From assembly GCA_951406725.2 (NCBI GenBank), contig OX597814.1, forward strand, positions 124,434,001 to 124,498,000: DNA of 64,000 nucleotides, given 5' to 3'. Shown here piece after piece: positions 39,040-53,379 of this stretch. Within the stretch, counting starts at the first letter, position 1, and the number at the start of each line of letters is the position of its first letter. The DNA comes from Octopus vulgaris. Lineage: Eukaryota. Below the pieces are notes generated by a model. The model was not told the DNA's origin. It ran no database searches and was given only the letters and a program-made list of their open reading frames with translations. Both the position numbers and the translations under genes were made by a program.

Positions 39040-39065
39040 TGTATGTATGTATGTATGTATGTATG

Positions 39066-39130
<65 letters not shown>

Positions 39131-39132
<2 letters not shown>

Positions 39133-39352
39133 GTAGGAGTGGCTGTGTGGTAAGTAGCTTGCTTGCGAACCACATGGTTCCAGGTTCAGTCCCACTGCGT
39201 GGCACCTTGGGCAAGTGTCTCGGGCCGATCAAAGCCTTGTGAGTGGATTTGGTAGACGAAACTGAAAGAAGCCCGTCGTATATATATATATATATATGTC
39301 TGTGTGTGTATGTCTGTGTGTTTGCTGTGTGTCTGCGTTTGTCCCCCCAACA
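39131..39352 (+). mobile_element. tRNA-type SINE
   Basis: A box TGGCTGTGTGGT, B box GGTTCAGTCCC, then GGCACCTTGGGCAAGTGTC...GATTTGGTAGACG.AAACTGAAAGAAGCCCGTCG. Confidence 0.85.
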
Positions 39353-39359
39353 TTGGAGA

Positions 39360-39936
39360 CATGGAAAAGAGCGCAACCGGTTAAAAGAGAGTGCGTTAAG
39401 AGAAGCAGTAAATATGTGTGTTCGTGTGTGTGAGAGTGAGTGAGTGAGAGAGAGAGAGAGTAATGTGAGGTAACCACCCCTCACACTACAACTCTCAATA
39501 AGAGAAAGAGGTAGTAAGCATGAGGAATAGTAGGAGAGTCATTGAATAGTGAGAAGGGTAATTTGTTTTGACGGATTTTACCAGATTGGAACAGAACCTG
39601 TTAATTTTCGTGAATCTCATATAGATGTTGACACTCTCCGGACACCCACGGTTCCTCATGCCAAATATGGTCAAAATAAATTGAGCGGAAGCAAAGTGGC
39701 CAGAAATTCGGGGATCGGTTTCATATACATTTAGGATTTGAATGAGGTCCTCTCATATTGGAATCGAACCGTTTAATTTTCGGGAATCCTATATAGATGT
39801 TGACACTTTCTTGGTACCCACGGTTCCTCATGCTATGTTTGGTCGAAATAAGTCCAGTGACTGCGGAGGAGTTTGGTAACAAAGTTTTGACACTGACACA
39901 GACACATAGGCGTAAATAGCGCAATTATAGAATAGA
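39360..39936 (-). mobile_element. Probable Helitron 5' non-coding segment
   Basis: 39380-39475 resembles 30120-30217; internal ~170-bp repeat (CATATAGATGTTGACACT...ACCCACGGTTCCTCATGC); minus strand begins A|TCTATTCTATAAT at 39936. Confidence 0.5.
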
Positions 39937-39998
39937 TAAGTTTTTGCACCCGAAATATGAAGAATTTTTAAAAACTTTCTGCACTGTTAAAAGTTTTC

Positions 39999-40128
<130 letters not shown>

Positions 40129-40172
40129 ATGTATGTATGTATGTATGTATGTATGTATGTATGTATGCATAT

Positions 40173-40230
<58 letters not shown>

Positions 40231-40240
40231 GTGTGTGTAT

Positions 40241-41100
40241 GTACAATTGAACACAACAAAAAGAAATTCCCTTTTCTAGACATACTAATCAAAAAATTTA
40301 ATGAAAAAAATATAAACCAACAAATTTTACAAAACTACAGACTCGAAACAATATTTATTATTTAACTCATGACACTTTAGAATATTAAAATGAATATATC
40401 ATTCAATCTTGCAAGAAAAATCTGCACTGTAATGTCGAAAAAAAAAAGCATCTGAGAACTCAGACTACAAGAACTTTAAAACATACCAGTCGATTGACAC
40501 TATCCAAATTCTTTTATAGATGATGGGATAAAACGTGCTAAAAAATTAATATACAAACACTAAGAGCGGTCAAACAAAACAAACCACCCACTATAAAAAC
40601 ATTACCTTAGATTTCCAAATACAACCTCTGAAACAACGAAGCATATAACATTATTTCCAATACTACATAAGGACCCTAAGCTGCATGAAATCTTACGCAA
40701 CCATAAAATTATTAAAAGCAACAAACAGCCATAACCACAAATGCAAAACCATGCTAAAAAATAACGAAAGCAAGAGTTTGAAAAATGTGGACGACCGAAT
40801 TGTGGAACATGTCCCAACATAATGAAAGGCTCAGAATTTCATTTTAAACAAGTACAGAAATTTGAAATTAAAACTGACTTCACTTGCGCCTCTGAAAATC
40901 TCATCTACTTCATAACATGTTCTGGCTGCAGTAAGAACTATATCGGCTCAAGAGGAATATCTATCAGACGTAGATCTACAGTATACAGACAACAAATCTA
41001 CCACCCCAATACCGTAAAATACCACTCAGTGTCACACAGACGGATGTCCTAAGAAAAGCCAACCACAATTCACAATATTGCCACTATACCGATGCACGGG
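40241..41100 (+). pseudogene. Older, diverged Neptune-type PLE fragment (RT thumb plus GIY-YIG)
   Basis: FPFLDILIKK, FNLARKIC, KCGRPNCGTCPN, FTCASENLIYFITCSGCSKNYIGS; colinear with 35065-35945, with stops and frameshifts. Confidence 0.85.
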
Positions 41101-41575
41101 AAGGAGCAAAAGAATAAAGAAATGGAAAGAAAGAAGAAAAAGAAGCATAAAAGTTCATAAGTTCAACTTTTCGAATTTATAGAAGCAAGAGCATGAGTTC
41201 TTAGGTGCAATCCTGCGTAGATCTATGGGTTAAAAGACTGATATAGTATACATCCAGAGAAAGACACGAACATATCAACGTTCAACAACAGAGTGGTAGC
41301 GAAGGTGGTCAAAGGAAAGAAAAGGAAATAAATAGAAAGTGAGGTAGAGTGAGGGGGTGGAAGTTAAGGATTGGCTATAGGATAAAGTGCGGTGCATAGG
41401 TGTATGGTGTCTAAGAATTGTGTACGGGGTAGCCGAGAAGATAAGAGAGAGGATGAGGAGGGTTAAAAAAATAAAGCAAACTGAAAGGAATTTAAAGAGT
41501 AGTAGATGACCAATTTGTTAATAGGAAATAATTATTAACTTCCACTCTCCATTTTCCATTCTTCTTTTAACTGTA

Positions 41576-41746
<171 letters not shown>

Positions 41747-42618
41747 CATATGTGTGTGTGTATGTATGTGTGTATGTGCGCGTACATGTGTTTGTGTGTG
41801 TACGTACGTACGTACTACTACTACTACTGCAAATAATGATATTAATAAGAAGAAGAACAACAACAATGATAATAACAATGATAATGATAATGATAATTTT
41901 CTTATCTGGGTGATGGAAGGGCGGTGAACAGTTGGAAGCGTCGTTCGCTATGAATTTATGATTCGACTAAATGTATGTTTATAACATCTGCCTATAACAT
42001 ATAAGATTCTTATTAGTTGATGTAGGAAATTGGTTATCATTAACTTTCACACACACACACACACACATACATACATAAATGTCGAATAGCAAGAACGAGT
42101 GCTCAACACTGCATTGATGGATAAAGCTTCTTTATTTGTGTATTAAGGCTACTTGATATTAAGGTTTCATGTTAAGAAAAATATCTTTATATCTTAACAA
42201 CTTTTCAAGCCGATCGCATGGTGGAATGCTGTTCGTGGATGAGAACATTGCACGTCACTTGAAATGTCTCGGGTGTTCACAAAAGGTCTCGTAAGAAAGC
42301 AATGAATCAAGGTGCACTATTCTTAGATGACACCTTTTGAGTGATTATCTCACTTGGGTTTGGCTTTTGGGGGAAAAACATCGTGTTGGACAATGAAATT
42401 TATTTGCATTATATTCTGGTATATGTGATGTTTGTGTCTTTGTATGCTGAGGGAGTTCATTGGGTGACATGTTTCATCTATGTGTGAATTTCGTGTGTTG
42501 TATATATTCTATGTCCATGTTCAGGGAAGGAAACTACGCTGGTCGAGTTGGAGGTGCGGATGGTGGATCCTCTTTGAAGTGTCATAGTGTGAAATATTGT
42601 TTGTGCAGGGAGAGGTTT

Positions 42619-42709
<91 letters not shown>

Positions 42710-42989
42710 ACTTATATATATACTTTCACAAATACAACAGAAGAAAGAAGACATGAACCCAACACCAGAGCTGAAGACACCTCCGAAAGGGGGGACCCCG
42801 TCACGTCAAAACGGTAGAGGAGTAGGGGCTGAAACCGGACGTGGCTCCTCCTGATGATGTCTTGAGCTAACTGGATCCTATAAAGGAGCTGTTGTGGTAG
42901 CAGACCATGAAACACGGTTGTATTTCCTCCAGGCTGAATATGGCGATTTTTACACCACCTTTCTTTCTGGAACAGCTTGCTGTATTAGT

Positions 42990-44005
42990 GAACAGTCAGT
43001 AGCATTGGAGAGCACAAAGATTAAATTTGTAGTCGAGAAAAAGTTAGCCAGCATGGAGAGCTGGAAGCCGCATGGATAGTGGAAAAGAGTTACCTGTGCC
43101 CTGATGATTCGCACCAGATATCAACATTCCGACATCGTGACTGCTGCTCAGTACTCTGTGAAAACTGTAAAGGCTGAAAGATGTGACTTTGAAAATTGCA
43201 ACGAAGGCTATGGAGCCATAGTCAGAGAAAGGGACTCTGTAGGCAGTTTGACTGCGTCTGGCACTCTGGAATTCATCCAACAAATGCAGGACAAGTTAGT
43301 GGAAGACCCAAGCAAAGGAATTCGGTTTTTGGTAAGAGAGATGGCTGTCGGAGTCGCTTCTTGAAGCTGGTCTTCAATGGAGACCTTCAACACAACACGT
43401 AGAAGAGGTGCAAGTGACAAAGACTGACAGCTACTGCAAAAGAGGAACACTTGACGCTTCTAAATAAGTTGAGACATCCTGTTGAACCGGGATGACCTGG
43501 TCCTTAGATGGAAAAGGCTTCTGCCAGGACCAATTATACAACGCCCAAAACGACAGGCGACTTGCCTGTAACCCATGTAATATCCCTTGTATCTTGAAAA
43601 GTTAGTTCCCCCAAACTGTAAATCACGCTCAGTTCAGACAGCTATGTGAAGCTGATGGCGACTGTGGTTAAATATTGCTCGAAGATGGTTGCTGCTGGAA
43701 GGTCACATGCGTAGCAGCAAGATTCGGCTCCTTGGCATACTTCTGGAAAGAGTTAAAACTGATTGAAGAATTTCCCAACTTCATCATCCCCAATTTCTGG
43801 CTTGCTTCTGCTGTCGATTGTAATACCATAGATTAATATGTGTAGGACTGAGTGGCTCAATTGTTAGAGGCATCAACTGCACTGCTTGCAGCATAATCCG
43901 CTTGATATTTCTGATTACAAGAAACTTTTATTTTTTATCTTTGGATGAGATATTGTAATTTCGGTTCTTTTTACGCAAACTGCCAAATTTAGCCCGGACA
44001 CCCTG
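42990..44005 (+). mobile_element. Degenerate maT/Tc1-type transposon (same family as 6756-7581)
   Basis: Right TIR CAAATTTAGCCCGGACACCCTG|TA; transposase remnants (DPSKGIRFL..EM.V, YNAQNDR). Left end uncertain. Confidence 0.7.
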
Positions 44006-44038
44006 TACACAGACACAGACACACACAGACACAGACAC

Positions 44039-44073
<35 letters not shown>

Positions 44074-44089
44074 CACACGTGTATATATA

Positions 44090-44275
44090 TTGATAAAACA
44101 AAAAATAAACGAAGAACAAACACAAAAAACCAACAATGCAAGGACTCGGCACACGTAAAGTATTAGCAGACTCTCAGAGAAAGAAAAAAAGGTGGTTTTG
44201 CGTTTCGAGCAAAGCTCTTCTTCAGAAACAGGAGACAGCGGAAAGTCCAATAGAAAAGGAAGACGGGGCTACATT
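44090..44275 (-). mobile_element. Short PLE-type element (family B) with minimal HHR motif at 44195-44229
   Basis: Minus strand GTTT-CTGAAGAA-GAGC-TTT-GCTC-GAAAC-GCA-AAAC; related to 54135-54337 and 45908-46045. Confidence 0.7.
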
Positions 44276-44946
44276 TTTTATATATATGTAAGATGACCAA
44301 TTTGTTAATTAGAAAGAATTATTTATTTCTACTCTCCATTTTCTTTTCTTCTTTTAACTGTATATATATGTATGTATATATGTATTATGTGTGTGTGTGT
44401 GCGCGCGTTCATATGTTTTTGTGTACATGTACTACTAATACTACTGCTGCTGCTGCTGATACTACATGTTTTCCCATTTTAACTCTTTTAATCTAAAGTT
44501 GGTTAAGGGCACCAAGTAACATGATTTCTCTCTGCCGAGAGGTGCGATGTGAAACAGCCACTTTGTAAATAACCAGACAAACTATTACAGAATATAAATT
44601 CTTCAAGATTGATGAAGTTTGTAACTTCAGTGAAATTATAGTTACAGAATAATATTAAACGCAATAAAACGAAATTTTTGAGATTTTTTTAATACTAAAA
44701 AGTATGAAAAACTTTACGATGTGCCTCTGCAATTCGGTCACTGGTTCTATTTTACTAAATCAGTTATTAGTAAGATTTTAAGAAACCCCCCGGGGATTTA
44801 TTATTATTAATGCCACATTTTTTTTATTGTTTTGTCAATTTCATAATTATGGTCTACTTTTTAATCAGAGAAGTGGTTAATGGAATTTATATGGCAATTT
44901 GATATATAGCGTAATTCTTTTTATGGTTAGACCAGCTGCCCATTTA

Positions 44947-45001
<55 letters not shown>

Positions 45002-45110
45002 AGGGGTGTTATTGGTTGCAGAGTCAATTTCTCTGGTGTTCCATCTTATCGACTTACTCACTATACCTTTTCCAAATCGATTCTTTCATTCATTCATTCC
45101 TTTGCAAAAA

Positions 45111-45345
<235 letters not shown>

Positions 45346-45549
45346 TTTTCTTATCTGGGTGATGGGAGGGCGGTGAACAGTTGGAAGCGCCGTCCGCTAT
45401 GAATTTATGATTCGACTAAATGTATGTTTATAACATCTGCCTATAACATATAAGATTCTTATTAGTTGATGTAGGGAATTCGTTATCCATTAACTTTCAC
45501 ACACATACACACACACCCACATACACATACACACACACTCACTCACACA

Positions 45550-45599
<50 letters not shown>

Positions 45600-45907
45600 A
45601 ATATATATACATTACATACATATAAGAGGGATAACCAATAAGTGAACATGAAAATTTAGCAAATTTTCTTCAGAACAATCCTTTCTTAGTGGTAAGACCA
45701 TAGGGGGTCTACTTCTAGCATAATGAATGTCCACTTAGTGGTCATCACTCTTATATGTATGTAATACATATTCGGTTCCTTGGCATACTTCCGGAGAGAG
45801 TCAAAATTGTTTCAAGAATTTCACAATTTCACCATCCCCAATTTCTGGCTTCCTTCTGCTGTCAATTGTAATACCATGGATTAATATGTGTAGGACTGAG
45901 GGGCTCG

Positions 45908-46044
45908 ATTTGACGCTCAGGGAAGGAAAGAAAGGTGAGTTTACGTTTCGAGCAAAGCGCTTCAGAAACAGAAGACAGAGGAAAGTTCAATACAAAAGGA
46001 AGGCGGAGGAAACAAACGCCAACGATTTACATGTGGTTACATTT

Positions 46045-46045
<1 letters not shown>
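45908..46045 (-). mobile_element. Family B short element with a partly deleted HHR motif (45939-45969)
   Basis: Minus strand GTTTCTGAAGCGCTTTGCTCGAAACGTAAAC. Confidence 0.6.
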
Positions 46046-46448
<403 letters not shown>

Positions 46449-46727
46449 TTAATAAGGGTGAGAGAATTAGATACTAATTTAATAGTATATTTATTCCACA
46501 CCAAGTGGCCTAGTGCTACGAGAAACCTGGATTATTATAATATTTTATAACATATTATAATATTTTCACAAAATAAATATAAGAGAGTGTTCACTATATT
46601 GATCACTCTAGCACCAGTTAATCCAAAAGGTTTCAACCACGAAAAATACATGTTTCCCATGAAAGCCGGTACGACTGTTATCTCACACGGACAGGGCAAA
46701 TAAAAAATAACAAAAATACAGATTATT

Positions 46728-46803
46728 TTGGGACAATTGTTTCGCTATTAATGAATTAAATGTAATATTACTTACAGTAATCCATTTGTAGCTCTTCAGC
46801 CAA
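46728..46803 (-). ncRNA. Type I hammerhead ribozyme motif, monomer 1
   Basis: TTGG-CTGAAGA-GCTA-[caAATGGATTAcTGTAAgtaataTTACAttTAATTCATTaa]-TAGC-GAAAC-AATT-GTC-CCAA; canonical core and GUC site. Confidence 0.88.
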
Positions 46804-47259
46804 GACTATCTGGATGAAATCCACTCAATCACACGCCAGATTTTACCATAACGATAAATACGCGTGCGGTTCAATTGATTACATCGGACGTTATAATTCA
46901 AATGCCCCAACCAACAGCGCGCCAAACTCTCACGGAAAACAAATACAGCATTTAGAAATAAATGCAGCATAATTATAATTAATTAATAAGGGTGAGAGAA
47001 TTAGATACTAATTTAATAGTATATTTATTCCACACCAAGTGGCCTAGTGCTACGAGAAACCTGGATTATTATAATATTTTATAACATATTATAATATTTT
47101 CACAAAATAAATATAAGAGTGTTCACTATATTGATCACTCTAGCACCAGTTAATCCAAAAGGTTTCAACCACGAAAAATACATGTTTCCCATGAAAGCCG
47201 GTACGACTGTTAGCTCACACGGACAGGGCAAATAAAAAATAACAAAAATACAGATTATT

Positions 47260-47335
47260 TTGGGACAATTGTTTCGCTATTAATGAATTAAATGTAATAT
47301 TACTTACAGTAATCCATTTGTAGCTCTTCAGCCAA
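47260..47335 (-). ncRNA. Type I hammerhead ribozyme motif, monomer 2
   Basis: Same sequence as 46728-46803, offset by 532 bp. Confidence 0.88.
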
Positions 47336-47964
47336 GACTATCTGGATGAAATCCACTCAATCACACGCCAGATTTTACCATAACGATAAATACGCGTGCG
47401 GTTCAATTGATTACATCGGACGTTATAATTCAAATGCCCCAACCAACAGCGCGCCAAACTCTCACGGAAAACAAATACAGCATTTAGAAATAAATGCAGC
47501 ATAATTATAATTAATTAATAAGGGTGAGAGAATTAGATACTAATTTAATAGTATATTTATTCCACACCAAGTGGCCTAGTGCTACGAGAAACCTGGATTA
47601 TTATAATATTTTATAACATATTATAATATTTTCACAAAATAAATATAAGAGAGTGTTCACTATATTGATCACTCTAGCACCAGTTAATCCAAAAGGTTTC
47701 AACCACGAAAAATACATGTTTCCCATGAAAGCCGGTACGACTGTTAGCTGTAAGTAATATTACTGTAAGTAATATTACATTTAATTCATTAATAGCGAAA
47801 CAATTGTCCCAAAATAATCTGTATTTTTGTTATTTTTTATTTGCCCTGTCCGTGTGAGCTAACAGTCGTACCGGCTTTCATGGGAAACATGTATTTTTCG
47901 TGGTTGAAACCTTTTGGATTAACTGGTGCTAGAGTGATCAATATAGTGAACACTCTCTTATATT

Positions 47965-48014
<50 letters not shown>

Positions 48015-48015
<1 letters not shown>

Positions 48016-48185
48016 GAGAATTTACAAAAGAAAAAAGAAGAAGACGAGTGTGTAAACAAAAACAGATGTATTAGCTCGGGAAGCGAGAAAGTCTTTTACG
48101 TTTCGAGCCTACGCTCTTCGACGGAAAGGAACACAGAACAAGGAGAGAAAAATAAAAAAAAAGCTTTAGTGGCTAGCGATCTATC
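48015..48185 (-). mobile_element. Family A short element with HHR motif at 48091-48129
   Basis: Minus strand CCTTT-CCGTCGAA-GAGC-GTAG-GCTC-GAAAC-GTA-AAAGA. Confidence 0.7.
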
Positions 48186-48624
48186 TTATGTATATATATA
48201 TATATGAAGAAACAATTCAAAAAACGAATAACAACGAAACGAGAAAAACGATAAGAGAAAAAACAAACAAACGTGAGAACGTGCATAAGAATTATATTAG
48301 TTTGACGGTCGGTTCCAACTAAGGGTGGATGCTACTGTAGCTTGTAGCCGCAGGAGAACATCTCCAGTTGGCTATTGACACTTTGTACCTCGTTCAGAGA
48401 TTTATTATTGCTTTTATATATATATATATCCACATATATATATATGTGTGTGTATATATACATCCACACATATACGTTTATAGTGACATCTAAAAATATA
48501 CATGTATATGTATAATCATCAGTCTAAAGAATTCTGATTTAACGGAATTGAGTTTTAATGGAATTCACAAATAATAAGACATATTGATATTTGATGACTA
48601 AATAATTAAAAAGTTTGGTACTTT

Positions 48625-48697
48625 TTAACCGTTAAGTTAGTGGGACATAAACGAACCAGCGTCGGTAGTCAAGCAGTGTATATGTATGTGTGTGTGC

Positions 48698-48782
<85 letters not shown>

Positions 48783-48990
48783 ACAGACAGACAGACACAC
48801 ACACACACACACACACATAAATATTTAAGACGAGCTTCCACATAGTTTTCGACTTTCAAATTAATTCAGAAAGCGTTGGTCAACGTCGGGCTATAGTAGA
48901 AGACACTTACCAAGGATGCCGTGCCGTGGGAATGAGCCCGAAACCATATGGCTGCATAGCGAGCTTCCCAATCATACGCCCATGCCTACA
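48625..48990 (-). mobile_element. Degenerate tRNA-type SINE with an internal (GA)n/(CA)n expansion
   Basis: GGGCTATAGTAGAAGACACTT.CCAAGG core. Confidence 0.6.
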
Positions 48991-49724
48991 CCTTTACATA
49001 TATTTCTATAGCGCAGCAAATGCGTGTATGTGTGTTAGAGTGATTGTGTGTGTCTATGTATGTATTTGCATGTATGCACGTATGAAGACGGACAGTCATG
49101 CGCAATTCATATGGTTTTGCTTTGAGTGGCGTGGACTGGCTTTGAGTCTCGGCCTGCTCCAAAATATGCAGCTGCTTATATAAAGATACTCTATTTCTGT
49201 GGTTATTTTCAATTTTGATTTTTAAAATTTTGCAATCCTTGTAATTCAAAATGGCTTCAAGTGACTGAAAGTTAAAAGAGAATGTGTGAACTTAAATGTG
49301 ACTGAGAAATTAGAGGTAATTGATAAATTAGAAGAAGATGTCTCAACAGCACGCGTCTATAAAATTTATAGCGTAAAAAAACACACACCAAACAAAGACA
49401 AAAACAGGACAAACAGTAAAACCAAACAAACTGTTTCTGATATCAAAGACCAAATTGAAACAATTTTCTGCAAACTGTGGCTCTTCAAAGAAGAGTAGAA
49501 AGCACTTGAAAGTTGGACAAGATTAAAGCATAGAAGTTGTGTATTTGTGATGTGTCCAAGAAAAATGTGACTCTGGTAGAATACGAAACCTTGTGTTGAA
49601 ACCTGCATGTGGAGCTCTAAAAAAACATGTGAGGCCCATTGTTAAAGTACATGAACAGGAACCTCTGTGGTGAATCTTTAAGGAAAGAGGGCAAACTCTT
49701 CAAAACTTGAATGAACTATTTACT

Positions 49725-50145
49725 CTTTTACTCTTTTACTCTCTTTTACTTGTTTCAGTCATTTGACTGTGGCCATGCTGGAGCATCACCTTTAGTCGAG
49801 CAAATCGACCCCAAAAACTATTCTTTGTAAGCCTAGTACTTATTCTATCGTACTCTTTTGCCGAACCGCTAAGTTACAGGGGACGTAAACACACCATCAT
49901 CGGTTGTCAAGCGATGTTGGAGGGGGGACGCATACACACAAACATATACACACACATACATATATATATATATATACATATATACGACGGGCTTCTCTCA
50001 GTTTCCGTCTACCAAATCTAATAACAAGGCTTTGGTCGGCCCGAGGCTATAGTAGAAGACACTTGCCGAAGGTGCAACGCAGTGGGATTGAACCCGGAAC
50101 CATGTGGTTGGTGAGCAAGCTACTTACCACACAGCCACTCCTATG
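49725..50145 (-). mobile_element. Full-length tRNA-type SINE with (AGTAAAAG)n tail
   Basis: Complete match to the 39131 family, including the 3' domain. Confidence 0.85.
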
Positions 50146-50451
50146 TCTATATTTGCAAGATTTATAAACGGACTTTTTAGATCTGAAGACTTTATTTTCC
50201 TACAGGTCTACAATTATAATGAAACAAGAACATTAATTTCAGGGCCGCTATAACGTGATCTACCAAGGTGGTCGTGAAAATACGCTGGTTTACAAACATG
50301 AACATAATACCCACTAATTGCAAAGTGCAAATTTCTGCTTCATTACTTGCTAATGACGAGAGCTTGCATCGACTGAATCCCATGGTTGTAGGAAAATCAA
50401 CAGAAGTATGAACTACAAAAATATTAAGCATTTCTTACATTTAACACATGT

Positions 50452-50865
50452 TTTTACTCTTTTACTTTTTTACTTGTTTCAGTCATTTGACTGTGGCCAT
50501 GCTGGAGCACCGCCTTTAGTGGAGCAATTTGACCCGGGACTTATTCTTTGCAAGCCTAGTACTTATTCTACCGGTCACTTTTGCCGAGCCGCTAAGTTAT
50601 GGAACGTAAACACATAACCATCGGTTGTCAAGCGATGTTGGGGGACAAACACAGACGCACAAATATAGATATACACACACACACATATATACATATATAC
50701 GACGGGCTTCTTTCAGTTTCTGTCTTCCAACTCCATTCACAAAGCTTTGGTCGGCCCGAGGCTATAGTAGAAGACACTTGCCTAAGGTGCTACGCAGTGG
50801 GACTGAACCCCGAACCATGTGGTTCATAAGCAAGCTACTTACCACACAACCACTACTACGCCTAT
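50452..50865 (-). mobile_element. Full-length tRNA-type SINE
   Basis: Same family as 49725-50145. Confidence 0.85.
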
Positions 50866-51645
50866 ATAGGAGTGTTATATACACATGTTATATACACCAG
50901 TTATACACCTGTTATACTCCAGTTTTATACACCAGTTCAAAAAACTGCGTTGTTTATTTAGAAATTTTTATGATTGGTCTTCTAATCACTGTCTCTTGTG
51001 AAAGAATTCCAAGGAAACAGACTGAAGATTTTACCTCAATGATGTAAAGGCATTGCTGCTTTTTGCAGCTTTAACTTTACCCTAATGCATGGATGTCAAG
51101 ATATAGAATTAATCTCTTTTCTCGTCTCTTAACACATTTTCAGCTGTCAAACCAATGGTCTGGGAATAAATGTAGTCTGAAAAAGAATGGATAAAAACAC
51201 ATCTGGGAAAAAGTAATGGTTGTATTGGAGGATTAAGAAGGTGAAGAAGAAGAAACAAGCGGAGTGAAGGACACTTAAGAAATTATAAGTTTATAAAATT
51301 CAGTCTGAATTTTTAAAACTTGGCCGATGCTTGGAAGGAAGTGAATACTGTGGCCAGAAGACGTTTTATAACATTGAACCAGATTTGAGACAAATTACTC
51401 CCCGTTCGTCTTTGTAAATGTTGGCAACCGGTAATAACTGAAAATGATGAAGATGATCTTGGCTGTCACACCCTCACTGATGAAGAAATTGTATATAGTA
51501 AGACTAGAGAAAAACAAGACATTGAGGACAGGAAGGTTAAACCAGAACAACCAGCAACGGCTGAAATATGAAATCTTAAGGAAGCTGCCATGCACGATAT
51601 AGAGACATCTGACTCTGAGACCGTGTAAATTTATGAACATTTTAG

Positions 51646-52032
51646 GCGAAGGCGTTGGCTGCGTGGTAAAAAGCTTGCTTTGCAACAACGAGATTTCTGG
51701 TTCAATCCCACTGCGTGAAACTTTGAGTATGTATCTTGTATGATACATCTGGCCCGACTAATGGCTTGTGAGTGAATATGATAAACGGAAACTGTAGAAA
51801 CCTGTTGTATGTATGTGTATGTGTATCTATGTTGTCTTCGTGTTTGTGTTTGTCCTCACTACCACCGCTTCACGATCGGTGTTGGCTTGCTTACGCCCTT
51901 GTAAATTGACAGTTTTACAAAAGAGACATATAGAATGAGTGCAAGCCTTAAGTACAAATATTGGAGCAACTTATTCGAATAACCCTTCAAGGCAGTGTTC
52001 TAGCATGACCGCAGTCCAATGACTGAATGATC
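51646..52032 (+). mobile_element. Older tRNA-type SINE copy
   Basis: TGGCTGCGTGGT, GGTTCAATCCCACTGCGTG, 3' GCAGTCCAATGACTGAA. Confidence 0.7.
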
Positions 52033-52480
52033 TGAAAGATTTTATAGAGTTCAGAGCAGTTATAATACATAAAAAACAGCAGTGTGGAAAATAACTTAAG
52101 CTGGACTCTCTCTTAAAAACTAACTTCTCTAACACTCACTTCTATTTTCATCTCTAACAGCCTGCATAATATAACCATATACAGGCATTTGCACTCATTT
52201 CAGAAGAGTCTGCAGCTCAAGATTTCTCCCTTCACTTCCTCATTCAGATACTGTACAAAAACTACAGTAATGCCACTATAATAATCGCAAAATATACTTC
52301 AGCTACAAGGCTACAAAGGTAAGTAAAAGTACATATTCTTGACTATAATTTCATAATTTTATATTGAGCAGTAAACATTCACAGCGAATTCTAACTAACA
52401 GGGAGGTGTAGCTGTTAATGCAAAAAATATTATTGGCAGCACTCAAGGCAGTATTTATTGTTTTTGATGTAAAAAAATGT

Positions 52481-52558
<78 letters not shown>

Positions 52559-52674
52559 GTATATATATATATATACACACATATATATATTGTGTATATA
52601 TATATATATATATACACACATATGTTTGCGTGTATGCGTGTATATATGCATACGCATATGTCTATATATATATA

Positions 52675-52725
<51 letters not shown>

Positions 52726-52854
52726 ACACATACACGCAAATACATGCGCACATACTCATTATAGCTAGGTATCTGGGTGCGTATACACACAAAACACACA
52801 TATGTGCGTGTGTGGGTTTCTGTATATATATATATATTTATGTATATATCCTGA

Positions 52855-53100
52855 AAGACTGGCTGTATGCGCAGCTGGCCATTAGCAAAAGAGCATAAAG
52901 GCAAGAATCGTCTTCGTTTTAAAGATGCCAACATGCAAGACATGAAGTCTCTTAGCATGAACGCTGAAAGGATATTGCAAGAGATCGAACCAACATTTTC
53001 TTTTAAAGAAACTAAAATGAGAGGAGTGACTGAGATCTTCTTTCAAAGAAAAGCGTGTTCGACGACAAATCGAAATATGAGCCAGGACAAGACTAGTCAA
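52855..53100 (+). mobile_element. RTE LINE 3' coding fragment
   Basis: LYAQLA..KR and RLRFKD..MQDMKSL resemble the RTE C-terminal GRPRLRFKDxCKRDMK motif. Confidence 0.55.
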
Positions 53101-53379
53101 TAGGAGTGGGGGATTCAAGTGCAGTCAATGTTGCTGGCACTGTCATTCCTATATGAATGGTCACAGCTACAACAGACACTACTTTGCCATATATAAATAT
53201 TGAAGTGAATCTAACGGTTTTTGCGTGTTTTAAATGCCTTATAAACACCTTCCACGCAGCAATTGTTTTTCTTTCAGCACACCATCTCAGATCAAGTTAC
53301 TTGCTGTGCAAGTACATCTCCGTATATATATATATATATAGGCAACTGACGGATAGAGAGAAGTCTGTCTCAATACGGA

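Larger units (their letters stand above)
49250..51640 (+). mobile_element. pogo/Tigger-like transposase remnant interrupted by SINEs
   Basis: NLNVTEKLEVIDKLEEDVS.ARV..IY.VKK/QTVSDIK resembles the CENP-B/psq HTH; C-terminal EDDLGCHTLTDEEIV. Confidence 0.55.

Noticed and set aside
52161-52324. Possible host exon (polypyrimidine-AG acceptor, AAG|GTAAGT donor)
   Set aside because: All three frames from the 52160 acceptor contain stops; a shorter exon is possible but has no recognisable homology.
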